A stretch of 64,000 nucleotides of DNA from assembly GCA_963786955.1 (NCBI GenBank), contig CAWBAT010000009.1, forward strand, positions 340,584 to 404,583, written 5' to 3'. The position numbers and the translations under genes are program-made. The notes beneath the pieces are model-generated. The model did not search any database and had not been told where the DNA came from. It worked only from the letters and a program-made list of their open reading frames with translations. Within the stretch, counting starts at the first letter, position 1, and each line of letters starts with the position of its first letter. The stretch is from an uncultured Acidimicrobiia bacterium (GTDB lineage Bacteria > Acidobacteriota > Terriglobia > Versatilivoradales > Versatilivoraceae). Below are positions 1-10,968 of this stretch, piece after piece.

Positions 1-2309
1 CGCTCTGAACTCATCGAGCATTCGATTGCGAATCTCAAGCACGAGTTGTTGATTGAAATCATCATCGTCAGTTTGGTGATCTTGCTTTTCTTATGGCATA
101 TTCCCTCAGCCATAGTCCCCATTGTCACCATTCCCGTCTCCGTTCTGCTCTCATTCATTCCCATGTATTGGATGGGGCTGAACTCGAACATCATGTCCCT
201 GGCGGGGATTGCGATATCCATTGGAGTCCTTGTCGATGGCGCTATCGTTGAAGTTGAAAACGCTTATAAGAAACTCGAATTGTGGATTGAAGGGGGGAGA
301 GTTGGAGATTATCTCGAGATCAGACTTCAAGCTCTTAAAGAAGTCGGCCCTTCGGTGTTTTTCTCCCTGTTGGTCATCGCCGTTGCATTTTTGCCGGTAT
401 TCACCCTGATCGATCAAGAAGGCCGTCTATTCAAGCCTTTGGCGTTTACAAAGAATTTTGCCATGGCCATTGCAGCGATCTTGGCTTTGACGCTTGATCC
501 TGCCATGCGAATGATGTTCACACGCCTTGATTTCTATACCTTTCGCCCCAAATGGCTCGCCTGGATCGCCAATCAGGTTCTGGTTGGCAAATATTATAAG
601 GAAGAGCGACATCCCATCAGCCGTCTGCTGTTCAAAGTCTATGAACCGGCAGCCCGTTTGGTGCTGCGGCACCCCAAGACGACTATCCTGATCGCGCTGC
701 TTTTGGTGGCCACAACAATTCCTATTTATTTCCGGCTCGGCACGGAGTTCATGCCCCCTTTAAACGAAGGAGTCATTCTTTACATGCCCACGACATTGCC
801 CGGAATCTCGATTGCTCAGGCCCAATCTCTGCTCCAGAAGCAAGACCAGATTCTCATGCAATTTCCAGAAGTCAAACTAGTCTTTGGGAAAGCCGGCCGC
901 GCCGAGACCTCTACCGACCCGGCTCCTCTTTCGATGATGGAAACCACAGTGCTGTTGAAACCCCTGTCAGAATGGAGGAGCGAGCACGAGATGGTATTCG
1001 GATCAGGCTCCCGAATGGCTGAAAGAGTGGGTGTTGCGAAGAATTTGGCCCGAACATATTTCTTGGGAAGAGCTCGTCGCAGAGATGGATGAGAAGCTCA
1101 AAATGCCCGGCGTGACGAATGCTTGGACCATGCCCATCAAGAACCGGATTGACATGCTGACCACTGGGATTCGGACTCCGGTGGGGATTAAAGTATTCGG
1201 CGAAGACTTGCGTGAAATGGAGAAGATTGGCGCACATCTCGAAGGCATTTTAAAGCAACTGCCGGAAACTCGATCGGTCTATGCGGAGCGAGTTGCCGGA
1301 GGCTTCTTCTTAGACTTTGAACTCAATCGAGACCAACTGGCACGATTCGGTCTCTCTGTTGGCGACGCTCAGGCGGTAATCATGTCGGCGATCGGAGGGA
1401 GAAAATGTCACGACGACAATCCAAGGTCGGGCACGATACCCAGTCAACGTCCGCTACCCTCGGGAGTTGCGTGACAATCTGGACCGGATCAACCAAATCC
1501 TGATATCCACTCCGAGTGGGGCGCAAATTCCATTGTCTCAAATTGCCGCAATCCACCAGGTGACCGGCCCTTCCATGATCCGGGATGAAAATGGGATGCT
1601 CGCTGGATACGTTTTCGTGGACATCGCGACCAGCGATATCGGAGGATATGTCCATAAGGCTAAGAGTTTGGTGGAAAGGGAACTGAAGATTCCGCCCGGA
1701 TATTCTCTGGTCTGGAGCGGGCAATACGAAAACATCCTTCGTGTCCGGGAACGCTTGAAGCTGGTTGATCCCCGTGACCCTATCCCTAATTTTTGTATTA
1801 CTCTATTTAAACACTCGATCGGTTGCAAAAACTTGTATCGTGATGCTCGCTGTTCCATTTTCCGTTATCGGCGCAATCTGGTTGATGTACTTGTTGGATT
1901 ACAATGTCTCCATTGCCGCCTGGGTGGGGATGATTGCCTTGATGGGTCTTGATGCAGAAACTGGTGTCTTCATGCTCCTTTTCCTGGACCTGTCCTATGA
2001 CGACGCCAAACGGCGAGGAAAACTCCAAAACAAGTCTGAACTCGAGGAAGCGATCATCCATGGCGCCGTTAAAAGGGTTCGACCCGAAAATGATGACGGT
2101 AATGGCTGCGTTTATGGGTCTGATGCCTATCATGTGGTCAATTGGACACCGGGGCAGACATGATGAAGCGAGTTGTCGCCCCCATGGTCGGGGGGCTGGC
2201 TACGTCGTTTCTGCTCGAATTACTCGTCTATCCGGCAATTTATTACTTGTGGAAATGGCACTCTGAGGTGCGGACAATGAGTGAATTGTCAAAGCAAACC
2301 GTTCCTTGA
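1..2309 (+). CDS. cusA: CusA/CzcA-family heavy-metal RND efflux pump, Cu(I)/Ag(I) type (5' truncated by window edge; several frameshifts)
   Basis: Consecutive ORFs 46-1092, 1031-1474, 1467-1952, 1765-2163 and a final frame ending TGA at 2307-2309. Motifs GIAISIGVLVDGAIV, EGRLFKPLAFTK, FMPPLNEG-LYMPTTLPG, GKAGRAETSTDPAPLSMMET, TMPIKNRIDML and MKRVVAPMVGGL match CusA, including the three Met-bearing segments. Confidence 0.93.
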
Positions 2310-2326
2310 CGAATGGGAGTAATAAA

Positions 2327-2831
2327 ATGACCAATCGGAAATCGTTGTTAGGTGGACTGATCATCATCTTGCTATTGGGGATCGTCTTCTACCTGGTGGT
2401 AATCGGTTACTTTGCCGGGGCGAAACCGATCTGTGCCGTCTGTCAGCGCCCTTTACATAAGGCGGTTTCTTTTACTTTGCAATCATCTAAGGGCCGAACC
2501 ATGTCAACTTGTTGCCCTCGTTGTGGCTTGCGCTACGTCGTTGACGGGAATGCCTCTCCTCTTTGGGCGACAGACTTCAGTAACGGCAAGGCGATCCCTG
2601 CCAAAGAGGCTATTTTACCTGGAAGGATCACAGATTATGGAATGCTGCGCCACGCCAACCCTCAGAGGGGAACACGGCATCGTCTGCGAAATGCACTTTG
2701 ACCGGTGTCAGCCAAGCCTTGTCACGTTTGCCAATCATGAAGAAGCGCAACGCTATCAAGCTGAGCATGGCGGCCACATCTTTCATTACGATGATGCTCT
2801 CGCCAGCGTGCAGCACCAGATGGTGAGGTAG
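2327..2831 (+). CDS. Membrane-anchored Cys-rich NosL-like protein (one frameshift near 2610)
   Basis: Joining ORFs 2306-2701 and 2412-2831 gives an N-terminal TM helix, CAVCQRPLH, TCCPRC, ATDFSNGKAIPAKEAxYLEGS and FANHEEAQRYQAEHGG. The last two segments resemble the NosL pattern (D..tg.wI.A..A.yv.gS; F.....A..f...hGG). Confidence 0.65.
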
Positions 2832-2881
2832 TCCATAGGAAAGCGGGCGTCTCGCTCGCTTTGGCAGTTAACGGAGGGAAA

Positions 2882-3667
2882 ATGCAAAAACACACTAATC
2901 CGTTCACCTCGGTAGAGGCCGTCGTGAGACCTTACAAATCAATGGCTTCATATCTTGCACTGGTCTGGATTGCCATTGCTGTTTTCCTGCAAATGTCCTC
3001 TTCACTCAGGGCTGAGGTACGCCTGCCTGTCCGGCATGAACATTCACTGAAAGACTGCACAGGAGAGCTTGTATTTATGGACCAGGGAGTTGAATATGTC
3101 ACTAAAAATGCAAAGCACGCCCGGTCCTGGACTTACACAGATATTCAACAACTCGGGCTGTTCGATTCAAAAAACATTTCCATCGTAACGTATGAAGACA
3201 GCAGACTGGAGTTGGGAAAAGACCGGCGCTTCCATTTTGTGGTGACTGAGGGGTCTATACCGGATTCACTTCCCAGTTTTCTTCAACCCCGCTTGACGAG
3301 ACCGCTCGTTACCGGGATCATGCCGCCTGGGCTTCAAAGCAAATATGAGATTCCAGTAAAACACCTGCACGCCTGGGGAGGATGTCAGGGATTGCTCCGG
3401 ATAAGTGAAGATACCATCAGCTACGAGACCACAAACCATGAAGATTCACGCCTCTGGCGCTACGATGCGATTTCATCCATGGGCAGCACGGGACCCTATC
3501 AGCTGCGGTTGACAACCATGGAAAGAACAGGATCAGAAATCAGCGGCGAGAAAAATTTTATTTTCGATCTGAAGTTGCGTCTCGAGCCGAAAGTCTATGA
3601 CTTCCTCTGGTGGAAGATCAATGGTCCACAAATCCATGCGCAGAACCAAAATGGACAAAGGCAATAA
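2882..3667 (+). CDS. Exported hypothetical protein with two tandem PH-like repeats, each carrying an HxHx4CxG motif
   Basis: Intact ORF with GGAGG RBS at 2873-2877, signal-peptide-like N-terminus ending SLRA, and an internal duplication PVRHEHSLKDCTGEL / PVKHLHAWGGCQGLL. Confidence 0.75.
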   Translation: MQKHTNPFTSVEAVVRPYKSMASYLALVWIAIAVFLQMSSSLRAEVRLPVRHEHSLKDCTGELVFMDQGVEYVTKNAKHARSWTYTDIQQLGLFDSKNISIVTYEDSRLELGKDRRFHFVVTEGSIPDSLPSFLQPRLTRPLVTGIMPPGLQSKYEIPVKHLHAWGGCQGLLRISEDTISYETTNHEDSRLWRYDAISSMGSTGPYQLRLTTMERTGSEISGEKNFIFDLKLRLEPKVYDFLWWKINGPQIHAQNQNGQRQ

Positions 3668-3671
3668 GGAC

Positions 3672-3747
3672 CTGTAGCGGCGCTCTATGAGCGCCGGCCA
3701 AGCTGTTAAAATGAAAAGAACACGGCGGTCACAGACCGCCGCTACAG
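3672..3747. repeat. REPIN-like element: two inverted GTAG REP hairpins around a 26-nt spacer
   Basis: CTGTAGCGGCGCTCTATGAGCGCCG (3672-3696) and CGGCGGTCACAGACCGCCGCTACAG (3723-3747). A homologous copy lies at 19150-19223. Confidence 0.85.
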
Positions 3748-3841
3748 CCGATTCATTCACGCATTACTTTGGACAAGGGGGGTTGTTACAATTCGCTATG
3801 GGGGTGGAGACCTCTGCTACAGTAGCATTCTCCTTGTCTCT

Positions 3842-5854
3842 TCAGACCTTCCCCAATGCCTTCTTCCCTGCTTCCAAGGTTTCGATGATGGTGTCCACGT
3901 CGAACACACACCCTCCCCAGGTTCCACCGCTCGCATTCTGTAATGCGGCCCAGAGCCTGGTATCGTCCGGGATTTGCGGGTCGCTAGTCAGATCGGGTCG
4001 CAACTTTCGTTGTGCAAGGACACGCTCCCCTTCTACGGCTCCAAAGATTTGCCCTCCGTGACCAACCAGATCAATGCTTCCTTCTAACTTGTTCCGGTCA
4101 ACAATGATCTGAATAATGTCTCCTTCAATCACCTTTCCGATAGGCCCGCCGGCCAGGGCCTCAGGCCCTACATGTCCGATACAGGCACCGGTGGAGACTC
4201 CCGAGAACCTGGCATCCGTTATGACCGCGATTTGTTTTCCAAAAGAGAGATGTTTGAGTGCCGAAGTAATTTGATAGATCTCTTCCATACCCGATCCTGC
4301 AGGTCCACGACAGATGAGAACAACAATATCCCCAGGTTTGACACGATCCGACTCATGACTTTTGATCGCTGCAATTGCCTCCCGCTCGCGTGTGAAGATT
4401 CTAGCCGGACCCACTTTTCGGTAAATCCCGTCAGCATCAACAACCGTGGGATCAATGGCGGTGCTTTTGATCACGGAGCCTTCCGGCGCAAGATTTCCTT
4501 TCGGAAAGGTGACCGTACTGGTCAACCCTTTCTTCTTCGCCGATTCCGGGCTGAGGATCACATCATCAGGGTCGATTCCGTCCTTCTTGCGTAGGGCCTC
4601 CCGAACCCGCGTACGACGCTCCGAGTGTTCCCACCAGTCCAGGACCTCTCCCAGCGGCTTACCGGATGCGGTCATGACATCGAGATGGAGTAACCCGAGT
4701 CGTCGGAGATGAAGCATGACTTCCGGAACGCCGCCTGCCAGAAACACGCGAACCGTCGGATGATACATGGGACCATTCGGGAGCACATCGACGATGCGGG
4801 GAACCTGACGATTGAGGTCGATCCAATCCTGAACCGAAGGGCGTTTGATTCCTGCCGCATGGGCAATGGCTGGAATATGGAGGAGAAGATTCGTCGATCC
4901 GCCGAATGCAGCATGAACCGCCATGGCATTCCGGAAGGCGTTTTCGGTCAAAATTTGATTGATATGAATCTTCTGGTCTTCCAACTGGATAAGAGCACGG
5001 GCCGATCGGCGAGCCATGTCAAGCCAGATCGACTGCCCGGATGGAGCCAGAGCTGAGTGCGGCAAACTGAGGCCCAGCGCTTCCCCCACAACCTGGGAGG
5101 TCGCCGCCGTTCCCAAGAACTGGCAACCCCCACCAGGAGTTGCGCAAGCGGAACAAAGCAGTTCCGCGGCATCTTCAAAACTCACCTCACCATGCGCGAA
5201 TCGCGCGCTCAACGATTGTACGGCTCCTGCATCCTCGCCTTCCTCCGGGGGAAGAGTGACACCGCCGGGCACCAGAATACACGGCAATTGATGCATTGAA
5301 GCTAACGCCATCATCATGGCCGGCAACCCTTTATCACAGGTAGCCACTCCCATGACCCCGTGGCGAGTTGGGATCGATCGAATGAGCCGGCGAAAAACCT
5401 GAGCGGCATCGTTGCGATAAGGGAGGCTGTCCATCATGCCTGCCGTCCCCTGCGTCCGGCCATCACAGGGGTCCGTGCAGAACCCCGCAAAAGGTAGACA
5501 ATTTCGTAATTTAAACTCCTGGGCAGCCGCTTGCATTAAAAGGCCCACTTCCCAATGCCCAGTATGGTAGCCAAGCGCCACAGGTTGGCCATCGGGTTCT
5601 CGGATCCCGCCCTGCGTACTTAAGATCAGAAATTGCTTCCCATTTAGCGCCGAAGGACTCCACCCCATTCCTGCATTCTGGCTATAGGCAAACAGGTTGC
5701 CGCTGGGTGAGTCGCGCAACATCTCCTCTGTAATTGGGACGCGCCCCTGCGGACCGGGAGATTTGGTTTCAATTTGATCAATGGCCGCGGGGTCTGATTC
5801 GAGTATGGATTTAACGACTTCTTCAGCCAGGTTGCTCTTGTTTGATTCCTTCAC
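3842..5854 (-). CDS. YjhG/YagF-family sugar-acid (D-xylonate) dehydratase, IlvD/Edd superfamily
   Basis: Intact 670-aa ORF with [42 protein letters not shown] and [21 protein letters not shown]. Confidence 0.9.
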   Translation of the reverse strand: MKESNKSNLAEEVVKSILESDPAAIDQIETKSPGPQGRVPITEEMLRDSPSGNLFAYSQNAGMGWSPSALNGKQFLILSTQGGIREPDGQPVALGYHTGHWEVGLLMQAAAQEFKLRNCLPFAGFCTDPCDGRTQGTAGMMDSLPYRNDAAQVFRRLIRSIPTRHGVMGVATCDKGLPAMMMALASMHQLPCILVPGGVTLPPEEGEDAGAVQSLSARFAHGEVSFEDAAELLCSACATPGGGCQFLGTAATSQVVGEALGLSLPHSALAPSGQSIWLDMARRSARALIQLEDQKIHINQILTENAFRNAMAVHAAFGGSTNLLLHIPAIAHAAGIKRPSVQDWIDLNRQVPRIVDVLPNGPMYHPTVRVFLAGGVPEVMLHLRRLGLLHLDVMTASGKPLGEVLDWWEHSERRTRVREALRKKDGIDPDDVILSPESAKKKGLTSTVTFPKGNLAPEGSVIKSTAIDPTVVDADGIYRKVGPARIFTREREAIAAIKSHESDRVKPGDIVVLICRGPAGSGMEEIYQITSALKHLSFGKQIAVITDARFSGVSTGACIGHVGPEALAGGPIGKVIEGDIIQIIVDRNKLEGSIDLVGHGGQIFGAVEGERVLAQRKLRPDLTSDPQIPDDTRLWAALQNASGGTWGGCVFDVDTIIETLEAGKKALGKV

Positions 5855-6196
5855 TTCATTCTCTCCTTAAAAGATTCCTGTCGGGTTTTCAACCTTACCA
5901 AATTCCCCTGAGTTTGTCTGTCCCCATAGTAACTAAATCCAAGCGCATTGCCATTGTAACTGCAGAAGACAGGTTGACCTTAAAGCGGACTTTTTTTCCG
6001 AAAAAAACCTCTAGCCCAATGCGACCTTTTACCCCGTGCTCTGAGAGGGTTTGTCTCCATCAAGAGACTCTACTGATGAGAATAAACCAGTTAGTTGGCG
6101 TCTCCAGTGTCCTACCTGCTTCAAAGAAATGCAGCGTGGCTGGAGCAACTCTTTGGCGAGAGAATTGCATCCATATATTGGTAGTGAGGGGGAAAC

Positions 6197-6535
6197 ATGA
6201 AAAGAAATCTTTCAGAACTCGAACAAGGCCTGGATTGGATGAATCAGATAAAGCAAATTCTCGAGTTTGACGATAGCTCCATCAGGATGTTGCTTGGTCA
6301 TTCTTATCCGAAGTTATTCGACCAGGAAAAGGATTGGCCGATGGAAGATTCAATAGAATACAAGGTAGTCAGTTTTATGCCTCCAGAATCAGACAAGGTG
6401 TATTCGAATCTTGGTCAGTTTTCTGGTCAGCCAGATCTCAAGATGTTCTGGAACATTCATGTCCAAAAACAAGTTCTGTACTTTGAAGAAGAATGTCTAC
6501 TGATGATGAATTTTTCCAGAAACCCCACCCTTTAG
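6197..6535 (+). CDS. Hypothetical protein (112 aa)
   Basis: ATG preceded by GAGGGGG; fills the gap between two minus-strand genes; no recognisable motif. Confidence 0.55.
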   Translation: MKRNLSELEQGLDWMNQIKQILEFDDSSIRMLLGHSYPKLFDQEKDWPMEDSIEYKVVSFMPPESDKVYSNLGQFSGQPDLKMFWNIHVQKQVLYFEEECLLMMNFSRNPTL

Positions 6536-6587
6536 CCAAATACGACTTTTGAAGTGTCCGGCTCCCTGTGAAGAAAACATGCCGGAC

Positions 6588-8156
6588 TCACCTTGGACGC
6601 TTCTTCCAACGAACCATTTCAACGACACCCCAACTCCCCACAGAAATCACAAGACACATCCACGCAAAGAGATCACCGAATTTTGTGTAAAGGGTTTGGT
6701 CAGCCTGAGTGTCAAACCGTCCTTCAATCACAGTTCGTTCAAATCGCTTTGCCGTAACCAGGACTTCGCCATACGGGCTCACAATGGCACTGATCCCGTC
6801 ATTAGCAACCCTGAGAAGGTAACGTCGATTTTCGACGGCGCGCATTCGAGCCATATTGAAATGCTGAAAAGGAGCCGCTGAATCGCCGAACCAGGCATCG
6901 TTTGTCACATTGACCAATACCTCTGCTCCTAAGCGGGAAAATTGGCGTACTAAGTCTGGGAAAATTGCTTCGTAGCAAACAAATGTCCCCAACTCATGCC
7001 CGTTTTCCAGTCTTGAAACAACGATTTCTTTTCCGGGTCGAAAGTTTCCTGCTTCCGTCGAAATCTTATTCACAAAGAAGAACACCTCCGGATAAGGGAT
7101 ATATTCTCCAAATGGGACGAGATGAACTTTGTTGTATTGAGAGATCTTATCCCCAGAAGGTGAGAGTACTCCTACGCTATTGACTGGCATACCGTCTGGC
7201 TGAGCAGGAGTTGAACCTTGGAAATCGACAAAACCAAACAGAAAATAAGCATTCGCCTTGCGGGCGATACCCTGCAGTTGATCGCGAAAATCTTGATCAT
7301 GATTGAAATAGAAAGGTGTCGGAGTTTCGGGCCAGAGAATCAGACTGAAGGAGGTTCCTTCTGCGGGCTTCTCCTTTTCAGAATCCGGGGTCGAAAGTTG
7401 GAACAGCTCATTGAGCAAATGGTGCCGAGACTCTTTGCTCCAGTCCTGGTCCAGTCCAATATTGGTCTGAACCATTCGAACGCGATTCTTCAGGTTCCCA
7501 GAGTGGATTTCTGGAACTTTCCACAGAACACTGATGCCCCCAATTCCTAACAGAGTCCCTGCCAAAAACAAGGCTGATTTCCGGGAGTGAGAAATAAGGA
7601 TATCGGCTAAGAACGCATTCACGAGAACCAGCAGAAAGGAAAGTCCATAGACCCCTGTAAGTGAGGCGATTTGCACCAAGTGGAGATGATTGACTAGTGA
7701 ATAGCCAAGAAGGCACCAGGGAAAGCCCGTTAGAAGATGCGTGCGGGCAAATTCGACCAGTACCCAGAAAAAAGGAGCGAGATAAAGAGACAAGGTCGGC
7801 CATGGAGCCGACAGTCTCGCAATGAGCAGCGTAAAAGCACCATAGAAGCAGGCCAGATAAGTGACCAGAAGAAAAAATATCAGACCGGATGCCAACCAGC
7901 CCAAGTCGCCGTAATTCTTGAGAACAGCGATAATCCAATAACAAGACCCCGTAAAAAAAACCGCCCCGCTTATCCACCCTAGCCCAAAAGCCCTTAGACT
8001 GGAGCGTTCCTGGCCAATCGCAATCAGTAAGGGGACGAGAAAACACCACGCAAGCCAGGCGTAGGCAAATTTCGGAAACAGAGCAATATGGAGGGCCCCT
8101 GAGACTACTGCCAGCCCCAGTCGGTATTTGAAATGATATTGAATTCGGGAGGACAA
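6588..8156 (-). CDS. lnt: Apolipoprotein N-acyltransferase
   Basis: Multiple TM helices, LTGFPW, VQTNI, and nitrilase triad motifs LWPET, YNKVHLVPFGEY, VCYEAIFP, plus NVTNDAWFG. Confidence 0.95.
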   Translation of the reverse strand: MSSRIQYHFKYRLGLAVVSGALHIALFPKFAYAWLAWCFLVPLLIAIGQERSSLRAFGLGWISGAVFFTGSCYWIIAVLKNYGDLGWLASGLIFFLLVTYLACFYGAFTLLIARLSAPWPTLSLYLAPFFWVLVEFARTHLLTGFPWCLLGYSLVNHLHLVQIASLTGVYGLSFLLVLVNAFLADILISHSRKSALFLAGTLLGIGGISVLWKVPEIHSGNLKNRVRMVQTNIGLDQDWSKESRHHLLNELFQLSTPDSEKEKPAEGTSFSLILWPETPTPFYFNHDQDFRDQLQGIARKANAYFLFGFVDFQGSTPAQPDGMPVNSVGVLSPSGDKISQYNKVHLVPFGEYIPYPEVFFFVNKISTEAGNFRPGKEIVVSRLENGHELGTFVCYEAIFPDLVRQFSRLGAEVLVNVTNDAWFGDSAAPFQHFNMARMRAVENRRYLLRVANDGISAIVSPYGEVLVTAKRFERTVIEGRFDTQADQTLYTKFGDLFAWMCLVISVGSWGVVEMVRWKKRPR

Positions 8157-8161
8157 GGCGG

Positions 8162-8872
8162 TTACTGCCGTTTGATGATTGTCTTATACCCTTCAGATTC
8201 GAGCTTCTTCCTGATCCGGTTCGCTTCCGATTCACTATTGTAAGGCCCCACCTGAATGCGAATCAGATGGTCAGATTGATCCTTGTCAGGGTGGATAATA
8301 AAGACACGGTAGCCCTTCAATCGAAGGGTCTTGGAGAGCTTCTCAGCCTCAGCGGTACTTTTTAAAGCCGCCACTTGAAGGCTAATCACCGGCTCAGCAG
8401 AATGTTTCTCTGGCTGGGCGGTTGAACCATGCCCAGTTTCGTTCTTTGTGGAGGATGATTTAGAAGGTTTACTCGTCTTCTTTTCTTGTACGGGGTCCGG
8501 GTGAAAGTTGCCTTCAACCTTAGGATCTTTCACTGCATTATAGAAGTCAAGGTCCGGGGGGGGCTCTCCTGCTGGCGAAGGTCCAGCCTCATGCGTCATA
8601 TCTTTAGTCACCACCCCCGGATTCTTTTCCTCTGTCTGTGGACTCGTCTTTAAAGGGGATTCGTTAGGTTGGGAGGAATCCACAGCCATTTCCGGCCCTC
8701 CGGGATTCTTTTCTGCCCAGAGTTCCTTGGCCGCTGGCGGCTGGACATGCGCTCTACCCACCAGGTAGCCCAACGCAAAAAAAACCGCGCAAACGCCCAC
8801 CGCAGCCAGAAAGAAAAAGGCCAAATGACGGTGATCGAGATTAAAGGAGTTCCCTTCCCGGCTTTCTCGCAT
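8162..8872 (-). CDS. SPOR-domain cell division protein (DedD/FtsN-like)
   Basis: N-terminal TM helix, Pro/Ser/Lys-rich linker, C-terminal LQVAAL...RIQVGPY...A....KL SPOR domain. Confidence 0.85.
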   Translation of the reverse strand: MRESREGNSFNLDHRHLAFFFLAAVGVCAVFFALGYLVGRAHVQPPAAKELWAEKNPGGPEMAVDSSQPNESPLKTSPQTEEKNPGVVTKDMTHEAGPSPAGEPPPDLDFYNAVKDPKVEGNFHPDPVQEKKTSKPSKSSSTKNETGHGSTAQPEKHSAEPVISLQVAALKSTAEAEKLSKTLRLKGYRVFIIHPDKDQSDHLIRIQVGPYNSESEANRIRKKLESEGYKTIIKRQ

Positions 8873-8883
8873 GGATTCCTCGT

Positions 8884-9645
8884 CTACTTCTTGATAAATG
8901 CTGAGATAATATCGATCGGTACTGGGAAGACCACAGTCGTGTTCTTCTCTACACCGATTTCCGTCAAGGTCTGAAGATAACGCAATTGGATTGCAATGGG
9001 CTCCTTCGTAATCACGGCAGCGGCTTCGGCCAGCTTGGCAGAAGCCTCAAATTCACCCTCGGCATGAATGATCTTGGCTCGCTTCTCGCGCTCCGCCTCG
9101 GCCTGTTTTGCCATGGCTCTCTGCATTTCTTGGGGCAAGTCGACTTGCTTCACTTCAACCAGAGCCACCTTGATCCCCCAGGCATCCGTATGCTGGTCAA
9201 GGATGCTCTGTAGTTTAGCATTTAAGATCTCCCTCTTGCTGAGCAGATCATCGAGTGGCACTTCGCCAAGAACCGAGCGGAGAGTGGTCTGGGCGAGCTG
9301 TGAAGTGGCATAGAGATAGTTCTCCACATCGACGATAGCCTTAATGGCGTTCATGACACGAAAATAGACCACCGCATTCACCTTCACCGAAACGTTATCT
9401 CTAGTAATGATGTCCTGGGGAGGCACATCGAGCGTCACCGTCCGCAATGGAACTTTGACGATTTTATCGATGGGCCAAAACACAAAGATCAACCCGGGGC
9501 CTTTGGGCTGGGGGAAAAGTCGACCCAAACGAAAAATCACACCGCGTTCATACTCTCGCAAGACATTCAGCGAGTTAAACAACCAGATCACCACGATAAT
9601 GCTAAAAAACAACGTTAGAGGCGGATTGAAGGATTCCATTGTCAT
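8884..9645 (-). CDS. Slipin / stomatin (SPFH, band 7) protein
   Basis: [54 protein letters not shown]; AAAGGAG RBS. Confidence 0.95.
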   Translation of the reverse strand: MTMESFNPPLTLFFSIIVVIWLFNSLNVLREYERGVIFRLGRLFPQPKGPGLIFVFWPIDKIVKVPLRTVTLDVPPQDIITRDNVSVKVNAVVYFRVMNAIKAIVDVENYLYATSQLAQTTLRSVLGEVPLDDLLSKREILNAKLQSILDQHTDAWGIKVALVEVKQVDLPQEMQRAMAKQAEAEREKRAKIIHAEGEFEASAKLAEAAAVITKEPIAIQLRYLQTLTEIGVEKNTTVVFPVPIDIISAFIKK

Positions 9646-9680
9646 TTCTCCTTTCACTAATAGCACAGAAACAGCGAAGC

Positions 9681-10952
9681 CTAGACCTTCTCGACGTTCA
9701 GTTTCATTCCTGAAACCGCCAGGACTTTCACGTTCTCACCGGAACGGATGAGCGAAGAACTGGAGGCTTGCCAAATCTCCCCATGCACCCGCACCTTCCC
9801 TTCCTCTAGAATCTCGGTCAGAGCCAGGCCAATTTCTCCGACCATGCCTTCTTCGCCGGTCACCGACTTCTTCCGATGCGAAAGAATGACCAGCCGCATC
9901 AAAAAAATGGTAATCGCAGCAAATGGGAGGGTAATCCCAATGGAGGTTGTGAGTCGAACTTTCAGTTCCGGGATGGGAGAATCAATCAAGATCAATGACC
10001 CGAGAATCATGGCAATCATCCCAAGAACTGCCAAGATGCCATAGCTTGTTACCTTGGCCTCTAATACGAATAAAACAATGGCTCCTATGATCAGGACCAC
10101 TCCTAGAAAATTGATGGGTAGAATATTGAGCGCCACCATAGCAAGGAACAAGCAGAGTGCTCCGACAACTCCGGGAAGAATAAATCCGGGATGAGTAAAT
10201 TCAATGTACAATCCCATGAGTCCGATGACTCCCAAAATGATGGCGATGTTGGGATCCAATACTTTCGTGAGCAATTTCTGCCGCGACGACATGGGGAACG
10301 GAAAGAGTACTTCGCCTTTTAACTTGAGCCGGTGAGCACTGCCATCGAATCGTTGAATGGTCTTGCCGTCAAACTGATTCAATAAATCTTCCGTGTTTTT
10401 GGCGACTCCGTCGATGAGATGCTGTTGTAGGGCTTCAGACTCGGTGAACGACTTACTCTCAATGACGCCTTTCTCAGCTAATTCGGCGTTTCTTCCTCGT
10501 TTGCTGGCAAAACTCCTCAAGTACGCCGCGGCATCGTTCTCGACCTTCTTATTCATAACCTCATCGATTTTTCCCCCGCCGAGCATGACGGGATGAGCCG
10601 CCCCGGTGTTGGTGCCCGGAGCCATTACGGCGAGGTCGGCGGAGAGCAGAATATAAAAACCCGCTGAGGCAGCACGGACACCGCTCGGAGCGACATAAAC
10701 GATCACAGGGACTTTCGATGCTAGAATCTTTTCGATGATTTCACGCATCGACTGATCGAGCCCACCGGGGGTACTGAGCCGGATAATGACCGCTTCGGCC
10801 TTTTCCGCTTCGGCCCGGGTGATGCCTTGAATAATATATTCAGCAGTCGCCGGATGGATGACGTCATTCACCTCCAGACTAAAAACACTGGCTCGGAGAA
10901 GTAAGGGAAATAGGAAGAGGTGGATTCCAATTACCGGAATGATTTTTCGCAT
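9681..10952 (-). CDS. nfeD: NfeD-family membrane serine protease (long form with ClpP-like domain)
   Basis: [27 protein letters not shown] region and C-terminal OB fold [12 protein letters not shown]; canonical pairing with a slipin gene. Confidence 0.93.
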   Translation of the reverse strand: MRKIIPVIGIHLFLFPLLLRASVFSLEVNDVIHPATAEYIIQGITRAEAEKAEAVIIRLSTPGGLDQSMREIIEKILASKVPVIVYVAPSGVRAASAGFYILLSADLAVMAPGTNTGAAHPVMLGGGKIDEVMNKKVENDAAAYLRSFASKRGRNAELAEKGVIESKSFTESEALQQHLIDGVAKNTEDLLNQFDGKTIQRFDGSAHRLKLKGEVLFPFPMSSRQKLLTKVLDPNIAIILGVIGLMGLYIEFTHPGFILPGVVGALCLFLAMVALNILPINFLGVVLIIGAIVLFVLEAKVTSYGILAVLGMIAMILGSLILIDSPIPELKVRLTTSIGITLPFAAITIFLMRLVILSHRKKSVTGEEGMVGEIGLALTEILEEGKVRVHGEIWQASSSSLIRSGENVKVLAVSGMKLNVEKV

Positions 10953-10968
10953 CGAGATCACGCTTATC

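Noticed and set aside
7408-8235. 275-aa alternative-frame ORF overlapping lnt, and similar shadow ORFs such as 13851-14477, 25015-25527 and 44586-45119
   Set aside because: They overlap well-supported genes and have no motifs or protein-like composition.
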